Of a DNA stretch of 64,000 nucleotides, positions 1-8,877 are shown piece by piece (the first letter of the stretch is position 1; every line of letters begins with the position of its first letter). Both the position numbers and the translations under genes were made by a program. The notes under the pieces are model-generated. The model saw only the letters and a program-made list of their open reading frames with translations, ran no database searches and was not told where the DNA came from. The stretch is taken from the NCBI GenBank assembly GCA_043814985.1, contig JBDRJK010000019.1, positions 56,561 through 120,560 on the forward strand, given 5' to 3'. The DNA is from Candidatus Aenigmatarchaeota archaeon (lineage in GTDB: Archaea > Aenigmatarchaeota > Aenigmatarchaeia > Aenigmatarchaeales > Aenigmatarchaeaceae).

Positions 1-1
1 T

Positions 2-183
2 CAGAATACAGTTTTAAGAAAATTTAGAGATAGAATAACCGGACATCTTGAGGACATGGATATGAAAGAATTTATAGAATTATATAGAGAAATTGATAAA
101 ATTGGGATTAAAAATATTTTAAAAGATTATTTAAAATTTAGAGATATAGTTATCAAAAAATTAAAAGATACGGAAAAGACTTA
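2..183 (+). CDS. 3' end of a hypothetical protein truncated by the window edge (ends ...KKLKDTEKT*)
   Basis: Open frame from window start to TAA at 181-183; no recognisable domain. Confidence 0.3.
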
Positions 184-189
184 AATCCT
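180..189 (+). promoter_or_regulatory. TATA-box-like element (cTTAAATcct) about 25 nt upstream of the GTG start at 209; leaderless-type promoter
   Basis: Same 20-nt motif CTTAAATCCTyGTTTTyCyATA recurs at 595-616 upstream of the next ORF. Confidence 0.4.
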
Positions 190-208
190 CGTTTTCCATA
201 TTTTTATT

Positions 209-592
209 GTGAGTATTCTTGATAGATTTAGAAAAAAGAAGGAAGTAGATAAGAAAAAAATTCGATTAGAAAAGTTAAAAATGAGGGGTTTTACTCAAAG
301 AAACGAAGATGAAGTTATGAAAAAAGAAGATATTTTAGGTTTTTGGTGTCATACTTGTGATAAAAATATAACAAAAAGAGACATAAGAAAACATCTAAAA
401 AATAAACATAAAGTGTTTCTAGCAAAGTTTGGAGAAGAAACAAAAATTATACATGTGTTAGATAATGATAAAAAACAAGAATTTCTAAAAATAGAGGAAG
501 TAGCATTAAGAAAACACAAAAAAAAGACTAAAATGAAAAAAGAAAAGGTTACACCTGTAAAATACATCTTGGAATTATACTTAAAAGAATAA
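209..592 (+). CDS. Lys-rich small protein with C2H2-like zinc-finger motif (CHTCDK...HLKNKH)
   Basis: ORF track; Cys-x2-Cys...His-x4-His spacing; start may be GTG 209 or an internal ATG. Confidence 0.45.
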   Translation: MSILDRFRKKKEVDKKKIRLEKLKMRGFTQRNEDEVMKKEDILGFWCHTCDKNITKRDIRKHLKNKHKVFLAKFGEETKIIHVLDNDKKQEFLKIEEVALRKHKKKTKMKKEKVTPVKYILELYLKE

Positions 593-594
593 CC

Positions 595-604
595 CTTAAA
601 TCCT
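595..604 (+). promoter_or_regulatory. Second copy of the TATA-like motif cTTAAATcct, about 26 nt upstream of in-frame GTG at 625
   Basis: Direct repeat of the element at 180-200. Confidence 0.4.
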
Positions 605-810
605 TGTTTTTCTATAGATTTAGTGTGGGTGCCATACGAATTTTAGGTCTAATCTTATTGATAGTAGGTATCATACTCTTAATTGGTCCGGTTCTTTTTT
701 CATTTCTCGGTTTAGGTGGCTTCCTAATAACTGGAATTTTATATGCGATTTTATTCGTCCCATCAATTATTTTAATTGTTGTGGGAGCATGGCTCTACGG
801 AAAAAAATAA
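604..810 (+). CDS. Small two-TM membrane protein (likely real start GTG at 625)
   Basis: Hydrophobic ILLIVGIILLIGPVLFSFLGLGGFLITGILYAILFV segments. Confidence 0.4.
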   Translation: MFFYRFSVGAIRILGLILLIVGIILLIGPVLFSFLGLGGFLITGILYAILFVPSIILIVVGAWLYGKK

Positions 811-828
811 GATTAGAATGGTTTTAGT

Positions 829-1443
829 ATGAAAAAAATAGCTTTGGTAGGCTTGATTTTATTTGTGGTTCTTATAGCTGGCTGTAGTCAAACTACTACA
901 ACTACTTCTGATACAGGTCAAGAAGCAACAAAACAAGAAACACAAATTTACACGGGTAATACAGAAAATCTTCTACCTGAAAGAGATGAAATCAATACAG
1001 AATATGAAATATTAACAACTGAAGATTTCGATATAACTAAATATTTTTCAAAATATCAAACAAAAGGTTTAATGACAACAGGATTTGAAAGTGGTAGTTA
1101 TATGGAACATGAAATTTTGGAAGAATTTCCTAGAAACACCATAACTGTAGGATACATTTTCATACTAAAGTTTGATTCTGTTGATAATGCCGATTTATTT
1201 TATACTACTATGATTGATATGATAAAAAACGAGGGTGGGTATAAAGAGATAAGTTCTTTTTGGATAGATGCTGACTGTTTTGGTAAAGAAGGGTTTTATC
1301 CTGATTACCCCCTGAACAATTATTATCAAAATTTTTTCTGTAAAAAGAAGAACATCTTTTTCAATACAGAAACTTCAGGTTATAAAAAAAGCAGATTATC
1401 TGATTCTGAAGAATGGGCTAAAACAATAGCCGACAAAATTTGA
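829..1443 (+). CDS. Putative lipoprotein (signal peptide plus lipobox LIAGC), Thr-rich linker
   Basis: N-terminal hydrophobic segment followed by AGCSQTTTTTSD. Confidence 0.55.
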   Translation: MKKIALVGLILFVVLIAGCSQTTTTTSDTGQEATKQETQIYTGNTENLLPERDEINTEYEILTTEDFDITKYFSKYQTKGLMTTGFESGSYMEHEILEEFPRNTITVGYIFILKFDSVDNADLFYTTMIDMIKNEGGYKEISSFWIDADCFGKEGFYPDYPLNNYYQNFFCKKKNIFFNTETSGYKKSRLSDSEEWAKTIADKI

Positions 1444-1907
1444 ATAGTATGAAAATCCTAATAGCTATTTTGATTCTAGCAACAGTTTTGATAGCCGGGT
1501 GTATAAATGCACATTTGGATGTTTCTAAGTCTAAACAAGAATTTAATTGTCCATTTGAAATGGAGATAAAAGATGCTATACAAAATAGATTTCTTTATCA
1601 AAAAGAATATGGAGCTAGTACGGAAGCTGCTCTTGTAAATTGGAATATCTCAGACACATTACTTTTTCAAGATGATTATGAAACAAAATCAATGACTATA
1701 GTTTGTAGATATGGTTTAGAAAAAGGAGAAAATATAAACTATCTTTATTGTCATTTTGGAATTTTTGATTATACAATCCAACAATTGATTGTGGATTCTC
1801 AAGACATCGTAAAAGAAAAAGTAGTACATAGGATACTAGAACCTATAATTGTTGATACGAGTAATAACTTTACAGTTGTTGAATTGAAATGCCAAAAGGT
1901 TTCTTAG
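1440..1907 (+). CDS. Putative lipoprotein (lipobox LIAGC)
   Basis: Signal peptide/lipobox; ATGA overlap with the upstream lipoprotein gene. Confidence 0.5.
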   Translation: MNSMKILIAILILATVLIAGCINAHLDVSKSKQEFNCPFEMEIKDAIQNRFLYQKEYGASTEAALVNWNISDTLLFQDDYETKSMTIVCRYGLEKGENINYLYCHFGIFDYTIQQLIVDSQDIVKEKVVHRILEPIIVDTSNNFTVVELKCQKVS

Positions 1908-2146
1908 ATTCTCTCTGAAAAGAAGGTATTTTGGCAGTTAAAAGTCAATTTAACAGGTTGTAAGGCTGCACCTACCTTATGTGTAAGTGTTTAAATTCTC
2001 TTTCTTAAAAAAGGGGTAATTTTTTGACGATTTTTTTCGATTCTTCAAATTTTTAGCGATAGAAAGCGATTTGATGATATTTTCAATTTTTTAAGCTTTA
2101 AATATCGCCACAAATGACCTATCTAAGCTAGGTAAGGTGATTTAAT

Positions 2147-2428
2147 ATGGTAAGTGAAAGAAGAATAGAGGACATGAGCAGAGAAGAATTAATCCAAAAA
2201 CTCAAAGAGACAGAGAATCTAGGTGTAAAAATGACCAGACCAAATGACGACAGTAGAATTCAAATGAAATTGTCAGAGGACAGATTCGTTGCAGAACTGA
2301 TGGACTTAGGTTTGTCAGAGAAATTAGCAACTAGACGATATAAGGAATTTTTGAGACTAGGCGGTCTCAGTAATTTCGTCGTGCTGAAAAACGGGTCAGT
2401 TACAACCAAGAGAATTTCAAGGTATTAA
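2147..2428 (+). CDS. Hypothetical protein; first gene of a compact small-gene cassette
   Basis: ORF track; stop overlaps the next start. Confidence 0.4.
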   Translation: MVSERRIEDMSREELIQKLKETENLGVKMTRPNDDSRIQMKLSEDRFVAELMDLGLSEKLATRRYKEFLRLGGLSNFVVLKNGSVTTKRISRY

Positions 2429-2429
2429 C

Positions 2430-2591
2430 ATGACAAAAAAAGGATACTCCGTCTACTTAGGACGGGAGTTGAGCTTTATGGTAGACAAACTTATAGAAAA
2501 CAACTGTGGAAAGGTCAACGATACACTTAGTGGATTGATAAAACGAGGAATTGACAGTTTCGAGAAAGAGATAATTAGGGGGAATAAATAA
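2430..2591 (+). CDS. Ribbon-helix-helix (CopG/Arc-like) small DNA-binding protein, 53 aa
   Basis: Translated by hand: MTKKGYSVYLGRELSFMVDKLIEN... has the typical RHH N-terminal beta-strand plus helix; 1-nt overlap TAATG with the next gene. Confidence 0.4.
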   Translation: MTKKGYSVYLGRELSFMVDKLIENNCGKVNDTLSGLIKRGIDSFEKEIIRGNK

Positions 2592-2986
2592 TGACAGACA
2601 TACACTTTGAGAAATGGTTATACCAAAAATTCCAGAGCGAATTTAAAAACAGTTTGAAAAAACAGAAGCAGAAAGCCAATGAGATTTTTGAGAAGCAGAA
2701 GAAGAAAAACGACAAAAGAAGGGAAGAAACACAGAAGATAGCCAGCAATGTTCTTGACAAATACCCTTTATTTGCCAATGGTGTGCAAGTGAAGGGTAAA
2801 ATTACATGCAACAACAAACTTGAAGATGGTAAGCTATGTGATTTCGAGTTTGAGCCTAAGAAAATGCTGTTGGATAGGGCACCAAACATCCAAGATGAGA
2901 ATGAATTGCTGAAATACTTCTTGGGTATGGATTTGACTGCTATATGCAGGAAATGTGGGAAGACCTTGAAAATTTCATTGAGGTGA
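2591..2986 (+). CDS. Hypothetical zinc-ribbon protein (CNNK...C, CRKC)
   Basis: Two CxxC-like pairs; charged N-terminus. Confidence 0.45.
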   Translation: MTDIHFEKWLYQKFQSEFKNSLKKQKQKANEIFEKQKKKNDKRREETQKIASNVLDKYPLFANGVQVKGKITCNNKLEDGKLCDFEFEPKKMLLDRAPNIQDENELLKYFLGMDLTAICRKCGKTLKISLR

Positions 2987-2990
2987 TTGA

Positions 2991-3155
2991 ATGGACTATG
3001 ATAAATTAGCTAAGAAAATTTCTAAGCATTTACAAAAGGATTTTGTATCAAGAAAAGAATTTAAACAAATGGGCAAAGCTGTAGATACCTTGCTATTGAT
3101 ACATGATGAGGAAGCCAAGAAAATCAATGCTGATAAGATAAGATACATTGGCTAA
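2991..3155 (+). CDS. Small hypothetical protein (54 aa, MDYDKLAKKISKHLQKDF...)
   Basis: Hand translation; tightly packed between neighbouring genes. Confidence 0.3.
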   Translation: MDYDKLAKKISKHLQKDFVSRKEFKQMGKAVDTLLLIHDEEAKKINADKIRYIG

Positions 3156-3159
3156 AAAT

Positions 3160-3873
3160 ATGAATAATAAGAATGTAAGAATTCAACGAATGCACAAAAA
3201 AGCTTATTTTGTACTTTACCATATGTTATTCTTGCTATCTGAGGAAGAATATAATCTTACATCACTCGCTAAAATTATCGGAGAAAGCAAACAAAACACT
3301 TTATTTCATCTTAAAAAAGCACAAAAGAAGGGATTGGTAAACCAACATAGAGACACAAATTTCTGGTTCGTATTACCCAAAGGATTGGGGTCTATCCGAC
3401 TATTGAAAGCTTTTGTCAAATCAAAGAAGAGAATACCTAAAAAATACATAGGAAAGAGACGTTTTCATGCTTTCAAGGTAAATGGTAAATTGGGAACTAA
3501 ATTAGATACAAGACAGATTATAGAGCGTAATGGTGCGATTTTTGAGAATTCAGTCTATCAAGCTACTTATGGAATTGTGGTATGTGAGGATAATTTTGTT
3601 GCAACATCTAAAAAGCTTGGTTTGGCTACCTATACATTTGATTATAGTGAAGTATATTCCATTTTTGATGAAATAATTAATAAAATTAATAAGGAAACTC
3701 CATTCAAGATAAAAACTTACGAGTGTGAGATGGAGGTTGCTGAACTTCTGGACCAAAAGGACATAATTCAGGATGCTGAAAATAATGAAGGTTACCTCTC
3801 AGAATACTATTGGTACGATAATAGCTGGGACTTCTTAGAAAGGGAATTTAGAACAGAATTTAAAGATGTCTAG
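3160..3873 (+). CDS. Winged-helix (MarR/TrmB-like N-terminus) protein with uncharacterised C-terminal domain
   Basis: N-terminal SLAKIIGESKQNTLFHLKKAQKKGLV resembles HTH recognition region; ORF track (ATG 3160 preferred over TTG 3148). Confidence 0.45.
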   Translation: MNNKNVRIQRMHKKAYFVLYHMLFLLSEEEYNLTSLAKIIGESKQNTLFHLKKAQKKGLVNQHRDTNFWFVLPKGLGSIRLLKAFVKSKKRIPKKYIGKRRFHAFKVNGKLGTKLDTRQIIERNGAIFENSVYQATYGIVVCEDNFVATSKKLGLATYTFDYSEVYSIFDEIINKINKETPFKIKTYECEMEVAELLDQKDIIQDAENNEGYLSEYYWYDNSWDFLEREFRTEFKDV

Positions 3874-4216
3874 TGTTTTTCATCTGTAGGTCTTCTTTAT
3901 CCTTTTGATGTTTAAATCCCAAAAGGGCAAAAAATATAGAAACTGAACAAAAAGCTACTCCTAATGCTAATAAAAAAGCTGAATTATTCAATGTAAATTT
4001 TGAGTCTTCTAGAAAAACATTTGATACAGAATCAAAACTTTCTTTTTGCTGTTCATAAATTTGTGGTTTTTCCAAATGTAAATCATTAGTATAAACAATG
4101 AAATCTAACCACTGACCACGTATACTAACAAAAGATGAGAACATAAGACTGCAAATTATACCACTGAATCCTGCCAAAGTTGCCAATACTTTAGCAAATT
4201 CAAAGAATCTGTTCAC
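3860..4216 (-). CDS. Small membrane protein
   Basis: Two hydrophobic helices; ORF track. Confidence 0.35.
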   Translation of the reverse strand: MNRFFEFAKVLATLAGFSGIICSLMFSSFVSIRGQWLDFIVYTNDLHLEKPQIYEQQKESFDSVSNVFLEDSKFTLNNSAFLLALGVAFCSVSIFFALLGFKHQKDKEDLQMKNTRHL

Positions 4217-4284
4217 ATAAATTATTTAAAGTTCAAATTTTATATACTAAATAGGTATTTTAATTTCAGACCCCATTTCTTATT

Positions 4285-4701
4285 ATGAGATTCAAATTTT
4301 TGGAGGATATGGCAACAGCAGATGTTGCGTTCGAGGCTTACGGGAAGACTCTGGAAGAGGCCTTTGCTAATTCAGCTCTTGCAATGTTCGAGGTTCAGAC
4401 TGATGTTGGAAAAATTAAACCGATTATTTCCAAGGATGTTGAGATTGTTTCCGAGAACAAGGAGTCTCTTTTGTTTGACTGGCTTTCCGAATTGCTTTAT
4501 TTCAGGGACATAGAGAACATGTTCTTCGGCAAGTTTGACATCAAGATTGAGAAGAATGAGAATTTCAAGCTGACTGGCAAGATATATGGTGAGAAGATAG
4601 AGGGGCATGAGCTGAGGACCGAAGTGAAGGGTGTCTCCTACCAGTTGATGAAGATAGAGGAAAAGCCGGAATTCAAGATCAGGGTTATTCTTGACGTCTG
4701 A
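4285..4701 (+). CDS. Archease (RtcB activator/chaperone)
   Basis: MRFKFLEDMATADVAFEAYGKTLEEAF... matches the archease family signature and length (about 140 aa); RtcB lies 1.2 kb downstream. Confidence 0.8.
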   Translation: MRFKFLEDMATADVAFEAYGKTLEEAFANSALAMFEVQTDVGKIKPIISKDVEIVSENKESLLFDWLSELLYFRDIENMFFGKFDIKIEKNENFKLTGKIYGEKIEGHELRTEVKGVSYQLMKIEEKPEFKIRVILDV

Positions 4702-4759
4702 TTTTTACTACTAAAGAGTATTTAAAGTTTGCTATCTTATTTCTATTAGGTTGTTTGTA

Positions 4760-5044
4760 ATGGCTAGAATTAATAATACGATAAGAGAATCTTTGGATAA
4801 ACTTAGTTTTCATTTGAGGACAGAAGAAAAGAATGACCATATGTCTATTAAAACCAAGCCTGACATGCTTCTTGAACTGGTCAAGAAAAGAAAGAGGACC
4901 GTTAGGGAATTGTGCAACATACTGGATGTTGATCAAAGAATTCTGTCCAGCTGGGTTAATGCCCTTGAGAGCAATAAAATCCTGAAAACAGAAGCTTCTA
5001 TTTTTGGTGAATCTTTTATTAAACTGAATGGTTACAAGGAATAA
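4760..5044 (+). CDS. Small winged-helix DNA-binding protein
   Basis: KKRKRTVRELCNILDVDQRILSSWVNALESNKILK HTH-like segment. Confidence 0.4.
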   Translation: MARINNTIRESLDKLSFHLRTEEKNDHMSIKTKPDMLLELVKKRKRTVRELCNILDVDQRILSSWVNALESNKILKTEASIFGESFIKLNGYKE

Positions 5045-5280
5045 TAAAATTATATATTAAAATAATTAAAAACAAAAATAAAGATGGTTATATTCTTTAT
5101 TTGACAAAAAAACTTACTTAATAATCATCATCTTCTTTTTGAACTTCTTCTTTCATTTTCTTTTTCTTTGGCATGGATATCACCCCCTGTAGGCACTATC
5201 TCTGACAGATGGAAGAATTATGGACAACCTCTATTTAAACTTTTAACCGTATTTAAACATGACCTCTCACTTGCCAGTTA

Positions 5281-5847
5281 TTAAAAAAACGACAGTATCA
5301 GGTCTATTCCTCTGGCAGCTATGAATATGCCCATTACCTTTGAGATTATGTCAACTGTTCCCTTGCCCAAAAACTTGTTTATGAAGCCGTAGGCCCTTAG
5401 GAATACCCATATTAGAGAAAGTGAAAGCAGCAATGCAAGAGAAGTCAAAACCGCACCTATGCTGTTAGTAAAAAATATTACACTGGTTATTACTCCAGGC
5501 CCTGTTGTTATAGGGGTGGCTATTATAACAGCTGCCACACTGTAGTTCCTAGCCTTTTCCTTTGATATTTTGAAGTTAAGTATCATCTCCAAACCCAGAA
5601 GGAAAAGGACAATGCCGCCGACAATGGTAAAGCTCCTGAGGGATATGCTGAACACGTCAAGTATGGAGTTGCCACCTATGATGAAAATAAACGCAAGAAT
5701 GCCTGCAACAGTTACTGCCTTGTTTACGCTCTTTATTTTCTCTTTCTTGCTGAACTTTTTGGTTATGTCCGCGAAAACTATGTACGAAGAAAAGGGGTCC
5801 ATTATCATGAAAAGTATTATGAATGCCTGTAAAAAACCCGTCAACAT
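5281..5847 (-). CDS. MarC-family (UPF0056) integral membrane protein
   Basis: MLTGFLQAFIILFMIMDPF... N-terminus and 6-TM profile typical of MarC family. Confidence 0.65.
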   Translation of the reverse strand: MLTGFLQAFIILFMIMDPFSSYIVFADITKKFSKKEKIKSVNKAVTVAGILAFIFIIGGNSILDVFSISLRSFTIVGGIVLFLLGLEMILNFKISKEKARNYSVAAVIIATPITTGPGVITSVIFFTNSIGAVLTSLALLLSLSLIWVFLRAYGFINKFLGKGTVDIISKVMGIFIAARGIDLILSFF

Positions 5848-5884
5848 AAAGTATATTCACTTTTGTTGTTTTATAAACCTATAA

Positions 5885-7318
5885 TCAACCTTTTACAACA
5901 CCCAAAGGCTTCAATCTGCAAACAATCTTACTTATACCAGCCTTCTCACAAGTCTCAACAACCTCTGTAACATCCTTGTAGGCAAAGTCTGCCTCTTCAG
6001 CCAATGTCTTCAACCCAGCGCTCCTGACAAAGATTCCCCTTTTCTCCATATCTCTTTTTACTTCCTCTCCACTCTTTCTTCTCAATGCCGCATGCCTTGA
6101 CATTAATCTCCCAGCTCCGTGGGCAGTGCTGAAGAATGTATCCTTTCCAGTCTCTGTCCCGACAAGCAAATAAGAATAAGTTCCCATTGAACCTCCTATG
6201 ATAACTGGCTGGCCGATATTCTTGTAGATGTCAGGTAAGGCAGCATGACCAGGTGGAAACCCTCTCGTCGATCCTTTCCTGTGAATCCATACTTTTTTCT
6301 TGTTGCTATCAATAACATGCTCTTCCTGTTTGATGGTGTTGTGGCTGACATCGTAAATTAGTTCTAATCCTAAATCTTCTGCGCTCTTTCCAAAAATATT
6401 CTCAAAGCTCTGCCTGACCCAGTGAAGTATCATTTGTCTATTAGCTAAAGCATAGTTGACGGCGCATGATGCAGCCTTGAAATAATCCTGTCCCTCCATG
6501 CTCTGTGCCGGGGCGCATGCAAGTTCCCTGTCAGGAATCTTTATTCCGTATTTTCTCATTGCTCCCTCCATGACCCTTATGTAGTCTGTTGCAACTTGAT
6601 GTCCTAGTCCTCTTGAGCCGCAGTGTATCATGGCTGTTATCTGGCCCTCTTTTTCTATTCCCATTGTTTTGGCGACTTCAGGCAGGAATATCTTGTCAAC
6701 CCTTTGGACCTCTAGATAATGGTTTCCTGAACCAAGGCTTCCCAATTGTGGAATGCCTCTCTGCTTGGCCTTGTCAGAAACACGGGAAGCGTCAGCTTGC
6801 TTCATTCTTCCCCTGTCCTCAATCCTTTCCAAGTCCATCTTCCAGCCATAGCCGTTCTTGACAGCCCACTCAGCTCCTGTTTCCAATACCTGATTCAGCT
6901 GATTCATGTTCAGTCTTATTCTTCCTTTAGAGCCTAGACCGCTTGGGACATTCCTGAAAAATGCCTCCACCAAGCTTTTTACTTTTGGTTTCATGTCCTT
7001 CTCATTCAGGTTGGTTCTTATCATTCTCACTCCGCAAGAAATATCATAGCCGCAGAATCCAGGAGATATGATGCCAGTATCAAAATCAAATGCCCCGACC
7101 CCTCCGATTGGAGCCCCGTATCCCTCATGTGCATCTGGCAAAACAATAATGTTCTTTAAAATTCCCTTTAATGTTGCGCAATTAGAGGCCTGCCAAAATG
7201 TCCTGTCTCCCTGTATCTTTTCAATCATCTGCCTAGAAGCGTGAACCCTGACAGGAACCAGCATCTTGCCGGTTTTTGGAATCTCCCAGAGAACATCGTT
7301 TATTTTGTTTATCTCCAT
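5885..7318 (-). CDS. rtcB: RNA-splicing ligase RtcB (tRNA ligase)
   Basis: 477 aa; conserved RtcB blocks (LPDAHEGYGAPIGGV, HCGSRGLGHQ, HNTIKQEEH, STAHGAGR). Confidence 0.9.
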   Translation of the reverse strand: MEINKINDVLWEIPKTGKMLVPVRVHASRQMIEKIQGDRTFWQASNCATLKGILKNIIVLPDAHEGYGAPIGGVGAFDFDTGIISPGFCGYDISCGVRMIRTNLNEKDMKPKVKSLVEAFFRNVPSGLGSKGRIRLNMNQLNQVLETGAEWAVKNGYGWKMDLERIEDRGRMKQADASRVSDKAKQRGIPQLGSLGSGNHYLEVQRVDKIFLPEVAKTMGIEKEGQITAMIHCGSRGLGHQVATDYIRVMEGAMRKYGIKIPDRELACAPAQSMEGQDYFKAASCAVNYALANRQMILHWVRQSFENIFGKSAEDLGLELIYDVSHNTIKQEEHVIDSNKKKVWIHRKGSTRGFPPGHAALPDIYKNIGQPVIIGGSMGTYSYLLVGTETGKDTFFSTAHGAGRLMSRHAALRRKSGEEVKRDMEKRGIFVRSAGLKTLAEEADFAYKDVTEVVETCEKAGISKIVCRLKPLGVVKG

Positions 7319-7341
7319 ACTATCATCACTATCTTATTATT

Positions 7342-7350
7342 CTTTATAAA
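7342..7350 (+). promoter_or_regulatory. Consensus archaeal TATA box (cTTTATAAA) about 25 nt upstream of ATG 7372
   Basis: Spacing implies a leaderless transcript. Confidence 0.5.
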
Positions 7351-7371
7351 GATTTAATTGCAATAACTTGT

Positions 7372-7656
7372 ATGCCAGTGAGTACAGCACCATACAGGAG
7401 GGCTTATTTACATACGAAAAGCAAGGGAAGAGAGGGCACTGTCAAGTGCGGTTATTGCGGGAGAATGGTTCCCAGATGGAAGACCTTTACAAAATTCAGG
7501 GGTTTTAGGATTTCAGACCCGATTTTGAGAAGACAGGTCCCAAGTTATAGAATACACACGTTCCAGCAGAAGATGTATGTCTGCCCGAGCTGTGCCAGGA
7601 GAAGAAAAATTGTTAAACCAGGCAAAAGCGTCAGGAAAAAACATCTCAAGGTTTAA
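7372..7656 (+). CDS. Zinc-ribbon ribosomal protein, S26e-like (94 aa)
   Basis: KGREGTVKCGYCGRMVPRWK...YVCPSCARRRK pattern resembles S26e (possibly L34e); the track ORF start at 7276 overlaps RtcB and is unlikely. Confidence 0.45.
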   Translation: MPVSTAPYRRAYLHTKSKGREGTVKCGYCGRMVPRWKTFTKFRGFRISDPILRRQVPSYRIHTFQQKMYVCPSCARRRKIVKPGKSVRKKHLKV

Positions 7657-7688
7657 AAGCTTCAATTTCTATATAATAAAGTGATTTT

Positions 7689-8018
7689 ATGAACGTAATT
7701 GAATCAAAGCCAGTGGGAATGCCAGAAGCAAAGGAAATTATGACTAGTCAGGAGAAGGACAAGGAAATGACATACGAGCAGAAGCTGGCAATGGAACATC
7801 TAAAGAAGTTTACCAAACTAAAAGCTGCTGAGGCCAAGAAAATGTTGGAAGAGCTATCAGCAGTTCTGAGAATGTCTGAGGAGACCAAAATCCAAATTAT
7901 AAATCTCTTGCCAAAGAAGCCAGAGGAGCTGAGAATGATATTCACAAGAGAGAACTTCAGCTTGAAGGACGATGAAATCAAGAAAATACTAGAGATAGTT
8001 AAAAAATACCATAAGTGA
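7689..8018 (+). CDS. rpoF: RNA polymerase subunit F (Rpo4)
   Basis: EAKEI...YEQKLAMEHLKKFTKLK...LLPKKPEELRMIFTRE matches RpoF family; followed by the conserved DUF655 partner gene. Confidence 0.7.
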   Translation: MNVIESKPVGMPEAKEIMTSQEKDKEMTYEQKLAMEHLKKFTKLKAAEAKKMLEELSAVLRMSEETKIQIINLLPKKPEELRMIFTRENFSLKDDEIKKILEIVKKYHK

Positions 8019-8584
8019 TGCTTATGCCTTTTCTAAGAGACGAAAATGTGATAGTATTAGATTTCCTTCCAAGGGGCCATGCAGCTGGAAGACAGGAGTC
8101 TTTGGCACAGGTAATAGGCAACAAATACTTCTCATTGTTGGAGGTTGTTGTGAGAAAGGATGTTTCCTTTAAGTCAGGAGACATTGCCTACATAGGCGAA
8201 TCGAAAAGGGACCAGATAGATCACATCAAAAGAAGGATAACCATCAGGGACCTGACAACCTTTGCCAAGTCCGAACTGCCCTTTGTTGTTGAAAAACTGG
8301 TTAAAGAGAACGAGGAGAAGTTTGTCAACTTCTTTAACACTTCTAGACCAATCTCGACCAGATTGAATCAGTTAGAGCTCTTGCCGGGAGTCGGGAAAAA
8401 GCACATGTGGGACATAATCAAGGAGAGGAAGAAGGGAGAGTTCAAGAGCTTCAAGGACCTTTCAGAGAGGATAAAGCTCATGCCAGATCCTGCCAACATA
8501 GTCATCAAGAGAATAATGGAAGAGCTGGAAAATGACAATGTCAGATACAGGCTGTTTGTAGCAGGTCCTGTCAGGAGATATTGA
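8015..8584 (+). CDS. DUF655-family HhH nucleic-acid-binding protein (conserved rpoF neighbour)
   Basis: LELLPGVGKKHMWDIIKER helix-hairpin-helix; 4-nt overlap with rpoF. Confidence 0.55.
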   Translation: MMLMPFLRDENVIVLDFLPRGHAAGRQESLAQVIGNKYFSLLEVVVRKDVSFKSGDIAYIGESKRDQIDHIKRRITIRDLTTFAKSELPFVVEKLVKENEEKFVNFFNTSRPISTRLNQLELLPGVGKKHMWDIIKERKKGEFKSFKDLSERIKLMPDPANIVIKRIMEELENDNVRYRLFVAGPVRRY

Positions 8585-8877
8585 TGGATGTAATGGGAAA
8601 ATTGCAGCAACTTCTTCTAAAAATTCCCAGAGGCAAAGTAACAACTTACAAGGAAATAGCTAGAGCGCTTGGTATCCATTCTAGGGCTGCCGGAAGATTG
8701 CTTGGAAGTAATCCTGACAGCAAGAAATACCCATGTTATAAGGTTGTTTATGCTGATGGAAGATTGGGAGGATACACTAGTTCTACAGGTTTAAAGGAAA
8801 AGGTAAAAAGACTTAAAAAAGATGGGATAGAAGTAAAGAATGGAAGGATTGCCAAAAAGTCGTTCTTTTATTTTTAA
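8581..8877 (+). CDS. MGMT-like DNA-binding domain protein (COG3695-type) with variant PCYKV motif
   Basis: YKEIARALG...PCYKVVYADG resembles the O6-alkylguanine alkyltransferase C-terminal domain (PCHRV) with His replaced by Tyr. Confidence 0.55.
   Translation: MMDVMGKLQQLLLKIPRGKVTTYKEIARALGIHSRAAGRLLGSNPDSKKYPCYKVVYADGRLGGYTSSTGLKEKVKRLKKDGIEVKNGRIAKKSFFYF

Noticed and set aside
5172-5228. Tiny minus-strand ORF MPKKKKMKEEVQKEDDDY in the 5045-5280 intergenic region
   Set aside because: 18 aa, no support beyond an ATG. The intergenic region more likely holds the convergent terminators of 4760..5044 and the MarC gene.
7276-7371. Upstream extension of the S26e-like ORF (MESPREHRLFCLSPYY...)
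   Set aside because: Overlaps the RtcB N-terminus on the opposite strand and precedes a well-placed TATA box/ATG at 7342/7372.
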